DNA of 64,000 nt, from the NCBI RefSeq assembly GCF_006345805.1, contig NC_043000.1, positions 164,672,001 to 164,736,000 on the forward strand. Reading direction: 5' to 3'. Source of the stretch: Octopus sinensis. Its lineage: Eukaryota. Below the pieces are notes generated by a model. The model saw only the letters and a list, made by a program, of their open reading frames with translations, was not told the origin of the DNA and searched no databases. The translations under genes and the position numbers were made by a program. Below are positions 41,565 to 53,741 of this stretch, in pieces; within the stretch, counting starts at the first letter, position 1; every line of letters starts with the position of its first letter.

Positions 41565-43890
41565 ATGGTGGTAGAATGGCGAGGAAGATAAGGCTGTAAA
41601 AGTGAAGAGACAGGCTTGGAAAGACTGGAGAAATGGAGGTAGCAAAGAGCTATATCAGGTAAGGAGGAATGAAGTTATTCAGAAAGATGTCATCCCTAAT
41701 CACTGGTGTAGCAGCATTATAGTCAGCTTCTACAAGGGATGCCTTAGATAATAGTTATTACAGAGATATCAAATTTCTGGACCTTGTTATGAAAGTTACA
41801 GAGAGAGTTCTAGCCCAGACAATCCAGAAAAAATTGACTAGATGAAATGCAGTTTGGCTGGAAAAAGCACGACTGGTGTTTCTTCGTAGACAACTGCAGG
41901 AGAAGTGTTTACTTGGCACCCATTGATTTAGGGAAAGTCTTTAACAGAGTACTTCACTCTGTGATATGGTGGTCTCTGAGGAAGCTAGGGGTAGATGAAT
42001 GGCTTGTGAAAGCTGTACAGGCCACGCACATGCTGTCAGTAAGGTAAGAGTTAACCATGATGAATTTAGGGTACAGGTAGGCATTCACCAAGGCTCAGTT
42101 CTCAGTCCTCTCCTATTCATCATTGTCCTCCAGGCCATAACAGGAATTTAAGATTAGCTGCCCCTGGGAACTACTACATAATGATCTTGTTCTCATAGCA
42201 GATTCTGTAACAACTAGAAAAGAAATTCCAGATGTGGAAGCAAAACCTAGAATCTAAGGGTCTTAAAATTAACTTAGCAAAGACCAAGGTTCTAGTAAGC
42301 AAGAAAACAGATGTGTTCAAGTGTGGAAGATGCAGAGAAACCATAAAGTCTATAGATACATGGGAAATTTTCTCAAATGTCCTGGGGGAAGAGGTGTTTC
42401 TCTAGAGGTAGTGGATAACTTCTGCTATCTAGGAAACCTAATTAGCAGTGGAGGAGGATGTTTTAAAAGTGTAATTGATAGAGTAAGAATAGGATGGAGA
42501 AGACTCAGAGGGTTTTTACCTCTGTCAGCAATGACAGTCTTTCATTTCAGCTGAAAGGAAGATTGTATGATGCTTGCGCACAAGCAGCAATGCTACATGG
42601 TAATGGAACAATGGCCCTAAATGCAGAGGACATGTGAAAACTAGAGAGGAATGAAGCTAATGTGCAGTATCAGTGTGCATGTATGACAAAGTGCTAATGC
42701 AGTGGCAGAAAAGTTAAGCACAAGAGGACTTAGATGAAGTGTGCAAGATAGAAGACTGGTCTGATTTGATCCTGTGATGCATATGAACGAGGGCAGTTGA
42801 ATAAAGAAGTACTGATCACTAAAGTGGATAGAATTTGTGAAAGAGGAAGACTCAGGAAGACATGGGACGAAGTATTGAAAGCTTATCTCAAGATGCTGAA
42901 CCTTACAGAGAAGATAACAAAGGACTGAAATGACTGGAATCTTGCTGTGCTCAAGAAGACCTGACCACCACAACAAAATTGATATCCTAAAACCATCTTG
43001 TATATGTGTGGCTTTGCTCCACCCCCATTCTCTCTGCACTGTCAAGCATTTTCCCTGCATCTCAACCTCTAACACTCATCCCTTCTCTATATACTTCTTG
43101 GCTGCTGTATATATAAGAGTGAAACAGGCACAAGCTACATTGTTTTCCTTTCCCCCTGGAACCACTTCCATTTCTCATTATCTTCTCTTGCTCACTGTTC
43201 CCACCAATCACCGCCTTTCTGTGCCTTCAGCCATTGCTCTCTTACCTCTTTGCTATACCCCATCCTTAACACTTCTCTTATCTTCTACCACTCACAATGC
43301 CCTCACATATCTACCATAACACCCTTGATCCACTTCTATATCTTTCATAATCACATACTACAGTCACATCTATCCCACCACTAACCATTTCTCCTCACAC
43401 TCTTATGAAACTTTCTCCTCTATCTCCCCTGCCCACCCTCTTCAATCTTCTCTATCACTTCACCTCCCACTGTACCTTGAGAGTTCCAATACATCTCCAC
43501 CACCATCTCTTCTCTCTAAATCCCTCTTTCCTTTCTTTTCCAACAAGCGTATCCATGTATCTCCTCTACAGCAAGACTCTATTTCTATCCCTCTATTATT
43601 CTTTTTAACCCCTCCATCAACTAGTACAAAGCCATCTCACAGAATATTCTTCCTCCTTTCAATCAAGGAGTCTTTGTCTTGTAAGTTAATTGGTGCCACA
43701 GAAGTGCCACAAAAAGTACCCAGTACATTCTGTAAAGTGGTTGGTATTAGAAAGAGCATCCAGCCATAGAAACCATGCCAAAGTAGACAATAGAGCTTGG
43801 CATAGACCTCTGGCTTGCCAGCTCTAGTTAAACCGTCCAACCCATGCCAGCATAGAAAAAAGGAAGTTAAATGATGATGACGATGATAAA
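41565..43890 (+). mobile_element. Degraded RTE-clade LINE (RT plus long 3' UTR ending in a (GAT)n tail)
   Basis: DEMQFG, DLGKVFNRV..SVIWWSLRKLGVDEWLV, GIHQGSVLSPLLFIIVLQAIT, LEVVDNFCYLG and GRLYDAC. The pyrimidine-rich UTR ends in the same tail as the 20363-20660 family. Confidence 0.78.
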
Positions 43891-45029
43891 TGAAATACTA
43901 TTATAATGAATACTAGTGTAAGAAATATTTCAGTTTAACAAATATTTTTTGGTCCCTGGTCATAATGCTATTGAAGCAATCATCATCAACATCATCATCG
44001 TCTAACATCTGCCTTCCATTCTAGTATGGGTGGGATAGTACCACAAGAGCCGGCCAAGCCGAAGCCTGCACCAGACTTCTCTGACTGTTTTGACAGGATT
44101 TTTACAGCAGGATGCTCTTCCTATCACCAACCACTCAGCAGAGTGTTAATTGAACCTCTTTATAACAAAATTAGTATCAAAGAATATTTCAGTTTGACAA
44201 TGCAAGCTCAAAACTCCTTGCTATAACAAAAATATGATTTGCAGAGACAATAGTCCCATAAGGTCAAACACAGAAAATATAGAGTATTGATTAGAGCATA
44301 GTCAATATGATAGTTAAAAGTCTGGATGCCTTAACACAATATTGACTATAGCTGTATCAGACGAATGTATTAAATACTAAGTTGTCTGTGGTTGTGTTGT
44401 TAATTGTTAGTATCCTTTCCTTTTGATCTGACATAGAAACTCCACCAAACTAAATCAAAATAGTCCAGTTCACTTTTTTTTTGCTTATATATTGAGACCA
44501 TGCAAATTTCAATGTTGACAAGAACAAGAATCAGTTATTGTCATCATCATCATTTAATGCCTATATTCCATGCTAGCATGGGTTGGACAGTCTGACAGGA
44601 TCTGATGGGCCTAAGGGCCTCATTGTGCTCCAGTGTCTGTTTGGCATGGTTTCTTTGGTTGGATACCTTTCCTAATGCCAACCACTTTACAGTGTGTATT
44701 GGGTACTTTTTCATGCCACCAGCATCTGTGGGGTGACCATGAAGCTTGCATCACTACAACCCTTGAGTAGGAGGAACTTTATGCAAGGAAAATAAGGAGT
44801 ATAGAGGGGTAAAGTATAAGAAGAAAGGGCTGGAGCAAAACAAGGCTTCTTGCTGAAGAAGAACTCCATGACTACTTATGATTTAGAAGAGGTATGGGTC
44901 AGGTGGAGCTGGAAATTGATGATGAGATGTCTGCAGAAATCATTTATCAATTTATCAAACATATCATAAGAATGAAAAATTTCCAACTTCCACCAACCCA
45001 TTCTTTTATGGAATCAGAGATTATTTGCT

Positions 45030-45497
45030 ATGTGGCTGTGTGCTTAACCACACCATGTGATCTTGGGTTCAATTCCACTGCATGCATCTTGGGTAAGTGT
45101 CTTCTACTATAGCCCTAGGCTGACTAAAGCCTTGTGAGTAGATTTTGTAGACAGAAACTGAAAGAAGTCTGTGATATATGCATATATATATCTGACTATA
45201 TATATGTGCCTCTGTGTGCCTCTGTGTGCCTCTGTGTGCCTCTGTGTGCCTCTGTCTGTGTACTTTTGCTCTGACTTCACTGGATGGTTATAAACAAGCA
45301 TCACCATCATACAAACAGTGTTGTTCCTCTCCATTCTTCTAAAGAAAAGCATGTCCAGTCATGAGAAGTATTACCTTGTTTGGAAACTGTTGAGGATTTG
45401 TGACAGAAAGAACATCCAGCTGTAAAAAATCTGCCTTGGCATATTCCATCTGACCTATCTGAACATGGAAAAAAAAATGGACATTTGATGATAGTGG

Positions 45498-45537
<40 letters not shown>
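45030..45537 (+). mobile_element. Family B SINE head joined to an RTE-like tail ending in (GAT)n
   Basis: Same head as family B, but with tail gaacatccagctgtaaaaaatctgcc...gaacatggaaaa...gatgatgat. The same layout occurs at about 1608-1990, 5995-6375 and 34325-34690. Confidence 0.75.
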
Positions 45538-46565
45538 AAGAGTGAAAACGTTCCGGTGTAATCATGTTTCCTTTTTTCAAATTCAAATTTCAACACATTT
45601 AGAGACTACAAATCAAAATTAATTAGTAAACAATATGAATCATCAATTAATAAAGTTTAATACAATATATGATACAGGGATTTAATATTTTTTACAATAT
45701 AATACAATTCAAAATAATTTATGAGGAATCACAATTGATACTTCTGTCACCATGCATACAAAAAAAACATGTCTAGCTATGAAGAATTATTACCTTGGTA
45801 GGAAACTAGTGAGGATTGGCAACAAGAAGGACATGTAGCTGCAGAAAGTCTGCCTCAATGAATTCTATGTCCATGGAAGCATGGAAAAGTGGACATCACA
45901 ATGACCACAACAATGATAAGGATGATGATTATAAATGTATGTGCATATGTGTGTACGTGTGTTTGTGTAAGTTTCACGCAATAGGTGGCAAGTACAGGTA
46001 ACTAAAGGGGACACAATACTAATTTATTTGCAACTTCAATATGGGAAAAGTGTGTAACTCTTGATACCAATAAATTGTTATCATACCTTATTATATACTG
46101 TCCACTTTTGATCTCTGTACCTACTGATTGAAGCTTACAAATTTCCTACACTTGGATCTGTGGATCCTATATTTTTATTGCATTTAAATTTCTATCTTGC
46201 AATTAACTAAATTAGCATAAAATAATGGTTTCATATATTTTTATAACTAAGATCTAAACTGTAAATATACGAATGTGAAAGAGATTGTTGAATAACTATA
46301 AACCTAAATTTGGGTGGCTTGGACAGCATTTATTGAGACAGATTTTCTATAGTCAGTTGCCTTTCCTATTGCTAACCCTCACCTGTTTTCAAGTAAAGTA
46401 ATATTTTCCCTATGGCCAGACAAGTTTTCACAGAATATTTGAAATGGATGCCACTGCTTGCATGACAGTGACACTCATTTACAGCTGTCATGTGATATCA
46501 AGAGAAGGAGATACAAGCGTGCACACACACACACATACATACACACAACATATAGATGTGTGTGC

Positions 46566-46618
<53 letters not shown>

Positions 46619-46846
46619 AAAATATATATATATATGTATTGCGTCTGCTTTCCATGCTAGCAACCCATGCTAGCATGGAAAGCGGACGCTAAACGATGAT
46701 GATGATGATGATATATATATACACACACACTATATAAATATAATACGATCCAACCCATGCAGGCAAGGAAAATGGATATTAAATGTTGATGACTATGATG
46801 ATATATATACACATTATATATGAAATGTATTTATATTTCTCTCTCA

Positions 46847-46885
<39 letters not shown>

Positions 46886-47051
46886 TATATATAAATTTGA
46901 AAAATCCACCTTTTGTCAATTCAATAATTAAAAATTAAATTAAACCATCTAGAAAATTACATATTATAGAAAGATTAAATATAAGATAAAACATATAACA
47001 ATGATTAAGTAATGTGCAAAATAATAAATAAAACGTATATATTTGGTAGAA

Positions 47052-47155
47052 TAACAACACGTGTTTTGTGACTATGTTTAAGAAATGATAATAATAAAAA
47101 TAATAGTAGTAGTTGTAAAATCACTTCAATATAAATATAGTCACTCTTCAGGTTA
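47052..47155 (-). ncRNA. Type I hammerhead motif with a G12-to-A substitution
   Basis: Minus strand reads TAAC-CTGAAGA-GTGACTAT(61-nt AT loop)ATAGTCAC-AAAA-C-ACGT-GT-T-GTTA. Helix I is 4 bp, helix II 8 bp, with palindrome ACACGTGT. The expected GAAA reads AAAA, consistent with CpG decay at 47067. Confidence 0.6.
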
Positions 47156-47413
47156 AAGATAACAACAATAATAAAATAATTAATTAGCTAAATTAATAAA
47201 TATATGTAAATAATCGTGTAAAATATGAAATATCTTAAATATATTCGTGTTTAAAAAATAAGATACAATTAATTAAAATATATATCTCTCTTATCTCTTA
47301 TCTCTATTTAAAACAAATATATATATATAATATTAGGGAGTATAACTCCAAACTAACAGGGAAAAATTCAATTTTGTATTAAATCAAATTTCACAATATA
47401 AATATATAAAATA

Positions 47414-47766
47414 TAAATTAGAGATAAAACCACTATTATGCAACTCAAACAGTGATAGACAGAATCCAAAACATAAATAACAAATAATATATATTTTTAT
47501 AAAACATATAACTAGATCTCAAAAAGTATAAATATGAATGATCAATATATAATAAGATTGACTATAATTTTAAATCAAATTTATTTCAATTGAATTTAAA
47601 CTTAATTGTAATTCAAATTTAATTGTAGCCAGGAAACGTACTTATTCGTTTTTATACTTTTTGAGATCTAGTTATATGTTTTATAAAAATATATATTATT
47701 TGTTATTTATGTTTTGGATTCTGTCTATCACTGTTTGAGTTGCATAATAGTGGTTTTATCTCTAAT

Positions 47767-47769
<3 letters not shown>
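47414..47769. repeat. Perfect 119-bp inverted repeat (47414-47532 / 47651-47769) with a 118-bp spacer
   Basis: Base-by-base reverse complement with no mismatch. Confidence 0.95.
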
Positions 47770-47811
<42 letters not shown>

Positions 47812-48229
47812 ATACAAAATATACATTAAGTGAAAACTAAATACTATAATTTAAACTATATACATTAAATTAAATTATTAATTAATGTATATATTTAATA
47901 AACATCTAAATAAAATCTTATACTCATTAAGTAATTTATATTAAAAACCTTAATGTTAAGTAATATACATAATGTTAGTACAAGCTATTAATATTGGAAT
48001 TTAAAATAGGAAATAGTTAAAATATATACACACCTATTAGATAAACTAACTATATATATATATATCTTGTCCAACCCATGCCAGCATGAAACATGGACAT
48101 TAAATCATAATGATGATGATATATGTTACAGTATCTTCATTGCTACCCTTGTGTAAGAGAGTGTTTTACCATAGGGGGATGAGTTTTCTGTAGCACCACT
48201 ATTTGATAGTCAGTATGGTTTTTATGTCA

Positions 48230-50100
48230 TCTCCAACATGAGATGTAGCACCTTTACATCAGCATTCACTACTTCAACCCAGTTTTCCTTGGTTTCCCTT
48301 TTCCACAGGTTCCTCAAACTTGGAATGCACAGCACTTTACACAACACATGCCCATACTGTCACAACCTCCTGTCTTGCATATTACACCCAGTTCCTCTTG
48401 TACGCATCATTTCCCCTAGCTCATTTGTACTTTTACAAACACTAACATTGCATGTCCATCTGAGCAGGCTGGCTTAACTTCTTTGAAAATCTTCTACATT
48501 CAAGGCACATGTCACACTCTAATGCAGTATTGTGCTTTGAACACAAGCATCATAATATTTGTCCATCATTCTGAGGAAAAAGACATTTATTGCCTGTAGT
48601 GATAAAATCACTCTGAGCTTTTCTAACTCATTCTTACTCTGGCTATGATACTTTCAGATACTTCTTTTGCTCACTATGTTTCCTTAGTAACAGAACTAAT
48701 TCTAGTGAGCCATCTGAACATTTCAGAGAATCTATTTCCAGTGTGTTCATAGAATGTATTGCTTCAGTGCATCTGTTACATATGAAGCTTACTTTGTTGG
48801 TCTGTCTGAGATTCTACCACACACGTATGAGTCAGTGGCTTTCAATGGGTATAGCATATGGATTTTCTATCTACATCTTTTCTGCATAAACAAGAAAGAC
48901 CATTTCTCTGATGATACTGGGGTCCTATTTTTCTTCCCTCCTACTAAATAGTCATTGTTAAGTTTACCCTGAGGCTTCTCAAGTCTAGGTTTAGCTTCCA
49001 TGCCTGGAATTTCCTCTCTTATTCTACTATGAGGAGTTCATCAGCATAGATGAGTCCCCATGGGCAGCCAGTCTGAAACTTCTCTGTAAAGCTATGAGAA
49101 ATAAGAGAGTAAGAGGACTGAAGACTGAACCATAATGGGCTCCTACCCTCAAGCTAAATTTGTCAGTGAAATCATTACTGACTCGCTTTATTTACTGTGT
49201 CTTTGTATGTAGCTTGTACAGCCATCGCACAACATTTACCTACACTTAATTTCCTTAATAAACATCAACTTACTGAACACAGTACCTTGTCAAATGCTTT
49301 CTTCAAGTCATCAAATGCTAGAAATTGTGGCTTACTTTAACCAAGTATTTCTCCAGTAGGTTATCTCACCAGGAAGATTGCACCTGTGGTACTCTATTGG
49401 GTATGAAGCTAAACTGCATCTCATCTAGGTTGACTCTGTTATGAATCAATTGTTCTGTTATTTTTTGCAAGGCATCTTCTTTGTCTCTGTAACAGTTTAC
49501 AGTGATACTGCTAAACCAGTCATTGCGTATGACATCTTTCCATTAACTATATGCATGGTAATCAGGTTTCCTACCTTATTAGTTATTTTGAGTATCTCTG
49601 ATTATTCCTAATGGGTCAATAGCTTTTCCTCCCTTCATGTCTTTAATTGCTTTATTTACTTTTATGCTTCAACTTCAATTGCCAGATCCTCTGTAGGGCC
49701 AACATGAGGTAGCTACATTCAACTGCCTCTCATAATAATTCTTTCATAACATGTTTTCATCCTTGATAGCAATGGTAAGCATGCCTTTATCATTCTGAAT
49801 ACACTACTCAACAGTTACATTTTGGTTCTCTCTAACACTGTCTTGCAATCCTGAACACTTCATGCTTCTGATCTGCATGTTGTAGGATCAATGCTCTTTA
49901 AGTTTTCCAAGCCTGTCTCTTAGCCTTTACCACCATGTTAGCCCTATCATTCCATAACTATGTCACTTTTGGTTTGATTTGGAATTTTCCCCAGCTGCAC
50001 ATCTGAACATCTGATCTATAGCCTTAAGCATGTTATTTTGTAGAAATTCCCAGTTGTCATCTATACTACTGGTATCTAAATCTTTCTCTAGACAGTCATA
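48230..50100 (-). mobile_element. Highly degraded RTE-clade LINE fragment
   Basis: Minus strand shows RVNLDEMQFSF, DLKKAFDKV, a GSVFSPL-like motif, GCPWGLIYADE and YYDACVQS. It is paralogous to 41565-43890. Confidence 0.72.
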
Positions 50101-51776
50101 TGTGTCAATGCACATGTGCTTACTCAATAAATTTTTCTCTTGTCATACAGTTGCACATGTTATATGATGCTTCTCATATCAAAATAAGAAATAGAAACTA
50201 AAATGAATCTGGGATAGATGAACTATTGTTATGGGCTTCCTAAAAGTCTAGCTTAGATGTCCTAAGTCTAGCACAATTATTGTTTATCCTTAGCTGACAT
50301 AATATAACCATATTAAAGTTATAGTCTCAGCTCAGATACTATAACTAGTGGGATGGTCATATGGTTTTACAAATGACACTATACTCTTTCAGGTGATATT
50401 AAAACTATACAGTAGTTGATAACACTTCATCTTATTTTTGTTTTTATCACATCTCAGATCTTATTAACTCATATCTGATATTATATACTCATCTGAGATA
50501 ATAATATAACCTCAGGTACCATGATCTCAAATTATATTTTGGATCTATCAAATTCAACTGAGGTGCTTCAACCTTAGCTTGGGTTCTATATGACCATATG
50601 ACTAGCCTAGTTCTCTCAAAGTCTCAACTCAGCAGATACTATGATGAGAAGCTAGCCAACTATTAAAAGTTTCAATTCAGATATTATAGTCTAAGCACAA
50701 ATCACCATTGTAACCTCAGCGCAGCTACTCTAAGTTTGGTTTAGATATTCTAATCTTAGTTCATATACCTTAAACTCAGGAGCTCCCATTTGATAGCAAC
50801 TCACCCAAAACTACTCTTGATTCTATGATACAAACTTCCTGTTTTAAAGTTATGAAAATTAAATTATGTTAATTTTAGTTCCAAATGGCAGCTTAATAAT
50901 GATGAATTATTTTTACTAAGTTCTTCATTATTTTCAAAAATTAATTTTAATCAAGGCAGTTTGTTTCAACAGCAGTATGGTGACACATGGGATAAGATCT
51001 GTTTTTGCTTACCAATTGTGTTTTGGTGGTGCTGATAACAGTGGTAGTAGAGTGGTGATATTTGTAGTAGTTATGAAGATTGTGATGCTGGTGATTGCTG
51101 TGATAGTGGTAGTAGTGATGGTTATTGTGGATGTAGTAATGCAGTTAGTGATGGTGGTGATAATGTAAGAGTGATTTACATATTTTTTTAAAATTATTAT
51201 GAACACTAAAAATATCATGATTTGTTCAAGTTAACAGTTTATACAGATCAATGTAATTAGTTTATTATCACTGAGCTGTGATAACAATTTATCCTTGGTG
51301 AACAATGTTAACAGTTTATGGATAATCAGTCAATGTTAAAAAGTTTGTTGTCAAGGAACAAAGTTAACAGTTTATTGTTACTTGATCAATATGAACATTT
51401 TATTGTCACAGAACGATGTTAGCCATATTGATCATGTTGTAAAAACTAACATTGCTGTTCTGACAGCAATGGTGTCTATTTTAGAATGGAGAAATGATAT
51501 CATCATCATCATCATCATCATGATATCATTTCTCCATTCTAAAATAGATATGATACCAACATTTGGTGGATAATATTTCAATGGCAGGTATGTGGTAATT
51601 TGGCACTGGATTGAAGTTCAAATTTTGCCAGGAATGATTCTGTCATTCTCAGGAACTGATAAAATGCATACTAGTTACATACTAGACCTCTTTCCATTAA
51701 TAATACTCTTTTCTACATAAGTTTAGCATTGTTTTTCTATTACAAATTAATATGTCAACATCTGTGCTCTTTAAGA

Positions 51777-53741
51777 TTAATTCTGTGGTAGTTCTTCCAC
51801 TGACTGTTCAAGAAATTCTTTTATTTCAGTAGCAGCATCAATTCTCCCAATGTCTGTTAAAATATTTTGTATTGCTTCCAAGCTGTACATTTTCTGTTCT
51901 AAGATGTCCAGAATTTGATCAGTTGGACTCTCTTTTGCTTCCATGTACCGAATTGATGAATCAAGATTCAAGTATGATGCCAAAGCTTTCCAGTTTTTAT
52001 CAAATAAACAAGATGGATCTAGTAGTAATTTAAGCTTCAATCTTAGTTCCTGTGGAATTTTCTTGCATTTCAAATGGTTCGCAACATCGAAAATATCTTG
52101 GCTTTCCTTAAATCCATTGACTGAAACTTGGATTTTGATTTGGGGTGATTTATGTTTCTCACACTGCTGCTCATTATCATCATAAATATTTGGTTTGGCC
52201 TGGTTTTGGACTATTAATTTTTCACCTGCACTTTCCAAAGTCTCTTGGAAGATATGGAACTGTAAACTAAGCTCTTTTGTTGGTTTTGATGTAGAAAGTT
52301 GACGATGGAAACAAAGTGATGCATATGGACATTTCCCATGCCAAATATAGAGGAACGGAATTCTGTTTGAATCGTCATCTGTATCTTCTATCATTTCCCA
52401 TCCTTCAGAAGTATATATTGTATTAATAATCACGTCTTTTCCATGTCCAACTTCCTTCCTACCATCAAACAAAAACACCTTTTCTGGACAACATAATACA
52501 CCCCCAAATTTAGCTTCATTTTGAATGGCCCATTGTAGAGCACATGGTGTCTTGTTTAAAAAATAAATTCTGATTTGGTAATGCGAACTGTTTGACTTTA
52601 GTGGACATGAAAAAGCAGCCAACTGCAACCATTTACAGCTTTGTGGAAGACTGTCATCATCACAATCTTCCAGAATAGTCATGATGGCTGTAAATAATGT
52701 GAAACTACTTATATTGACTTGACACTCATTTGGTGTGATATTAAAAGAGTTTTGACACTGTTCATTGTTATTTCCAGAATGCTCTTCGTCCTTTAACTGT
52801 TGCCAATCTTTATGACCTGTAAGTTCAGTCTCACTTTTCAAGATTTTTAGTTCGTTTATATTAAAAGCACAATGTTTGAATATAAGTTGACAACTTCGCT
52901 TCAGTTTCAAACCATGGGGTCCACAATAGACAAGAGGACTTACAAGAGATTCATCACCAGTCATCAGAGGGTTGTCCGAGAGGTCCCAGTTAAGCACAAG
53001 AGAGATAACCTGTTTCTTCCCACTTTCAATGGCTCCAGGTGGTATACAAAGAGATATACCCATATTATCAAGTATGAGAGTGTCACCAGCGTCAGTAACC
53101 AGGTGACTTACACAAACCACCAGCTTATTACAAATTTGTTTAGTAATGCTGCGCTCTGTTATTTGATATATTTCCTTCAGACAGTTTCCAATAGGGTACC
53201 CAGCATTGTAGGCTGAAAGCAAAAAATTTGGATCATAGATACTAGAGTTTCGGGTATTACTTTCTTTTTGAACATAGGAATGTGATGCAGAATCATTCTC
53301 AGTAGATATACAGCTATCAACAAAACTAATTGAGTTTGAAGTATTTGAAGGAATACATTTTCCTTGGATTACTTCTTCAAACTCGGGATTTATGTATACT
53401 AGTTTAGTATTCTTGCTTTGGAGAGAAAAACTTTCTGATGTTGAATTTTCTGTTATCTGTGTTTGTGGTTGTTGTTGTTGATGGTGACAGAGGTTCCTGA
53501 CATTTGGCTGATGGACAAAAGGTAAGTGTGCAAAACAGGCACATTTATAGATATCGTTTCCTTGCTCTGATAATTTTCGTATATCATATATAGTTAAATC
53601 ATCACTTTTTGAATGTCTAAAACGTTTCTTAAAATAGCGATATAAGCTTTTAACAATGACATAAAAAACAACTGAAGCCAAAGCTGTACCAACAACTGCT
53701 AGAGAAATTACTGTAGTCCCTGGTTCACATTTACCACCCAT
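51777..53741 (-). CDS. Intronless UNC5C-like (UNC5CL-type) single-pass membrane protein: TM + ZU5 + UPA + death domain, 654 aa, no Ig/TSP ectodomain
   Basis: Uninterrupted ORF with aaagcATGg start. TM VISLAVVGTALASVVFYVIV followed by KSLYRYFKKRFR. ZU5 motif GISLCIPPGAI...LVSPLVYCGPHG...FKHCA, UPA motif KWLQLAAF...YQIRIYFLNKTPCALQ, death domain KIPQELRLKL...LD...NWKALASYL...SPTDQILD. All three align by eye to the UNC5 cytoplasmic module. Confidence 0.88.
   Translation of the reverse strand: MGGKCEPGTTVISLAVVGTALASVVFYVIVKSLYRYFKKRFRHSKSDDLTIYDIRKLSEQGNDIYKCACFAHLPFVHQPNVRNLCHHQQQQPQTQITENSTSESFSLQSKNTKLVYINPEFEEVIQGKCIPSNTSNSISFVDSCISTENDSASHSYVQKESNTRNSSIYDPNFLLSAYNAGYPIGNCLKEIYQITERSITKQICNKLVVCVSHLVTDAGDTLILDNMGISLCIPPGAIESGKKQVISLVLNWDLSDNPLMTGDESLVSPLVYCGPHGLKLKRSCQLIFKHCAFNINELKILKSETELTGHKDWQQLKDEEHSGNNNEQCQNSFNITPNECQVNISSFTLFTAIMTILEDCDDDSLPQSCKWLQLAAFSCPLKSNSSHYQIRIYFLNKTPCALQWAIQNEAKFGGVLCCPEKVFLFDGRKEVGHGKDVIINTIYTSEGWEMIEDTDDDSNRIPFLYIWHGKCPYASLCFHRQLSTSKPTKELSLQFHIFQETLESAGEKLIVQNQAKPNIYDDNEQQCEKHKSPQIKIQVSVNGFKESQDIFDVANHLKCKKIPQELRLKLKLLLDPSCLFDKNWKALASYLNLDSSIRYMEAKESPTDQILDILEQKMYSLEAIQNILTDIGRIDAATEIKEFLEQSVEELPQN

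Noticed and set aside
52872-53216. 114-aa + strand ORF
   Set aside because: Antisense shadow of the ZU5-coding region with no recognisable motif.
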